DNA of 25,124 nucleotides from an uncultured bacterium (GTDB lineage Bacteria; JAJVIF01; JAPKYR01). The stretch is from positions 1 through 25,124 of the forward strand of contig CBDURU010000044.1 in the NCBI GenBank assembly GCA_965369865.1, written 5' to 3'. The notes under the pieces are model-generated. The model was not told the DNA's origin. It ran no database searches and saw nothing but the letters and a program-made list of their open reading frames with translations. The position numbers and the translations under genes were made by a program. Each line of letters begins with the position of its first letter. Position 1 is the stretch's first letter. This document shows positions 24,134-25,124 of this stretch, piece by piece.

Positions 24134-25003
24134 TTGAAAAGGTACCTGGTTCCTTACGATGGTTCCAAACTTGGAAAAGCCGCGCTAAGTTATGCGGTTA
24201 AGTTTGCCGGAAGTGTGCCCGGCAGTATCGATATAATTTATATTGCCGATGAACGGGTCATGACTAACCCGATATTCGACCTGACTGTTCTCGCACTCCA
24301 GGGACTTGGCCCGCTTGGCGACATTCAATACAGGCAGAAGGCGAAACTGGAACTAAAAGCGAAACTAGTGGCGTTGGGCGAGGACCTCTTAGATGAGCTT
24401 AAATCGCTGCCGGAACTCAATCCCGATGCTGAAAATCCGGTCGCGTACACTACCCGGGTCGAAGTCGCGAATCCGATTAAATTCCTGATCGAAGCTTCTG
24501 AGAATTACGATGTAATTTTCATGGGATTATGGGGCGAGATGCAAAAACTGAAAGCAGGGCTCTGGGGCAGTACGAGTGAGGCCGTTATTCGCAAGGGAGA
24601 GTGCCCTGTATTTCTCGCAACAAGCGAATTCACCGAAATAGAGTCAATCATCATCGGATTCGATAATCGACCCCGTGCCCGCCAGGCCCTTGCATGGGTG
24701 GGGATGATCGGCGAGAGCATGAGCATTCCTGTTGAGGTTGTCGTATGCGGAAGCGATAAAGACTGGCGGTGGGAGATTATCCAGGAAGCACATGAGATCA
24801 CTGAATCGTACAATACGGAATTTTCATACAACCAGAGCAGTGATCGTACGGCTAAGGCTTTGCTGCAGGCGAGCGAAGATCATCCGGGTTCGCTTGTCTG
24901 CATGGGGGCATTCGGGGATAAACCTTTGAGGGAATTCTTCCTTGGTTCCGCGGCAGAGGAAGTGCTCAGAAATTCAAATTCACCCGTGATGCTGTTTAAG
25001 TGA
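24134..25003 (+). CDS. Universal stress protein with two tandem USP domains
   Basis: YLVPYDGS...MGLWG...GSTSEAVIR...CPVF and IIIGFD...MGAFG...LGSAAEEVLRNSNSPVMLF; TTG start. Confidence 0.92.
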   Translation: MKRYLVPYDGSKLGKAALSYAVKFAGSVPGSIDIIYIADERVMTNPIFDLTVLALQGLGPLGDIQYRQKAKLELKAKLVALGEDLLDELKSLPELNPDAENPVAYTTRVEVANPIKFLIEASENYDVIFMGLWGEMQKLKAGLWGSTSEAVIRKGECPVFLATSEFTEIESIIIGFDNRPRARQALAWVGMIGESMSIPVEVVVCGSDKDWRWEIIQEAHEITESYNTEFSYNQSSDRTAKALLQASEDHPGSLVCMGAFGDKPLREFFLGSAAEEVLRNSNSPVMLFK

Positions 25004-25036
25004 GGGTGGCGCCGACAATTTCAAGTGGTTGGAATT

Positions 25037-25116
25037 TCGGCAGGCCCATATCTATCTGATTTTGCTGTGGCTCGGTTGATAACAGAACCCATATCAAATA
25101 GATATGGGCCTACCGA
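25037..25116. repeat. Inverted doublet of GTAG-type REP units (REPIN/BIME-like)
   Basis: Arms 25037-25060 and 25093-25116 are 22/24 complementary; the right unit reads GTAGG-CCCATATC-TATTT-GATATGGG on the minus strand. Confidence 0.75.
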
Positions 25117-25124
25117 TTTTGCTC

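Overview
Bacterial chromosomal window made mostly of housekeeping genes. On the minus strand at left are an rpsB-tsf operon (sigma70-type promoter, intrinsic terminator), a lipoprotein and an M20D amidohydrolase. The centre is a plus-strand division/cell-wall (dcw) cluster: rsmH, ftsL-like, ftsI, murE, murF, mraY, murD, ftsW, murB, ftsQ/divIB, DUF881, sbp-like, ftsA, ftsZ. The cluster lacks mraZ, murG, murC and ddl, and has a Bacillota-like DUF881/Sbp block. At right are an Mrp/ApbC ATPase (-), an orphan Wzz/GumC-like co-polymerase and a tandem universal stress protein. The unusual content is mainly non-coding. (1) A roughly 215-nt unit downstream of ftsZ has its own promoter, several predicted helices, a terminator and no real ORF, so it is a candidate novel sRNA. 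(2) A four-hairpin insert with alternative pairings lies between mraY and murD. (3) A roughly 141-bp MITE with terminal inverted repeats (TIRs) carries GTAG-type REP hairpins; one full and one partial copy are visible. (4) A 133-bp-period tandem duplication containing a 40-bp palindrome sits between murE and murF. (5) Several other REP-like families and short tandem repeats are present. Several dcw enzymes deviate from near-invariant motifs (FtsI KTG->KTA; RsmH GGH->GNM and FHSLED->YSSFED). All calls were made by eye from sequence motifs; no searches or folding computations were run.
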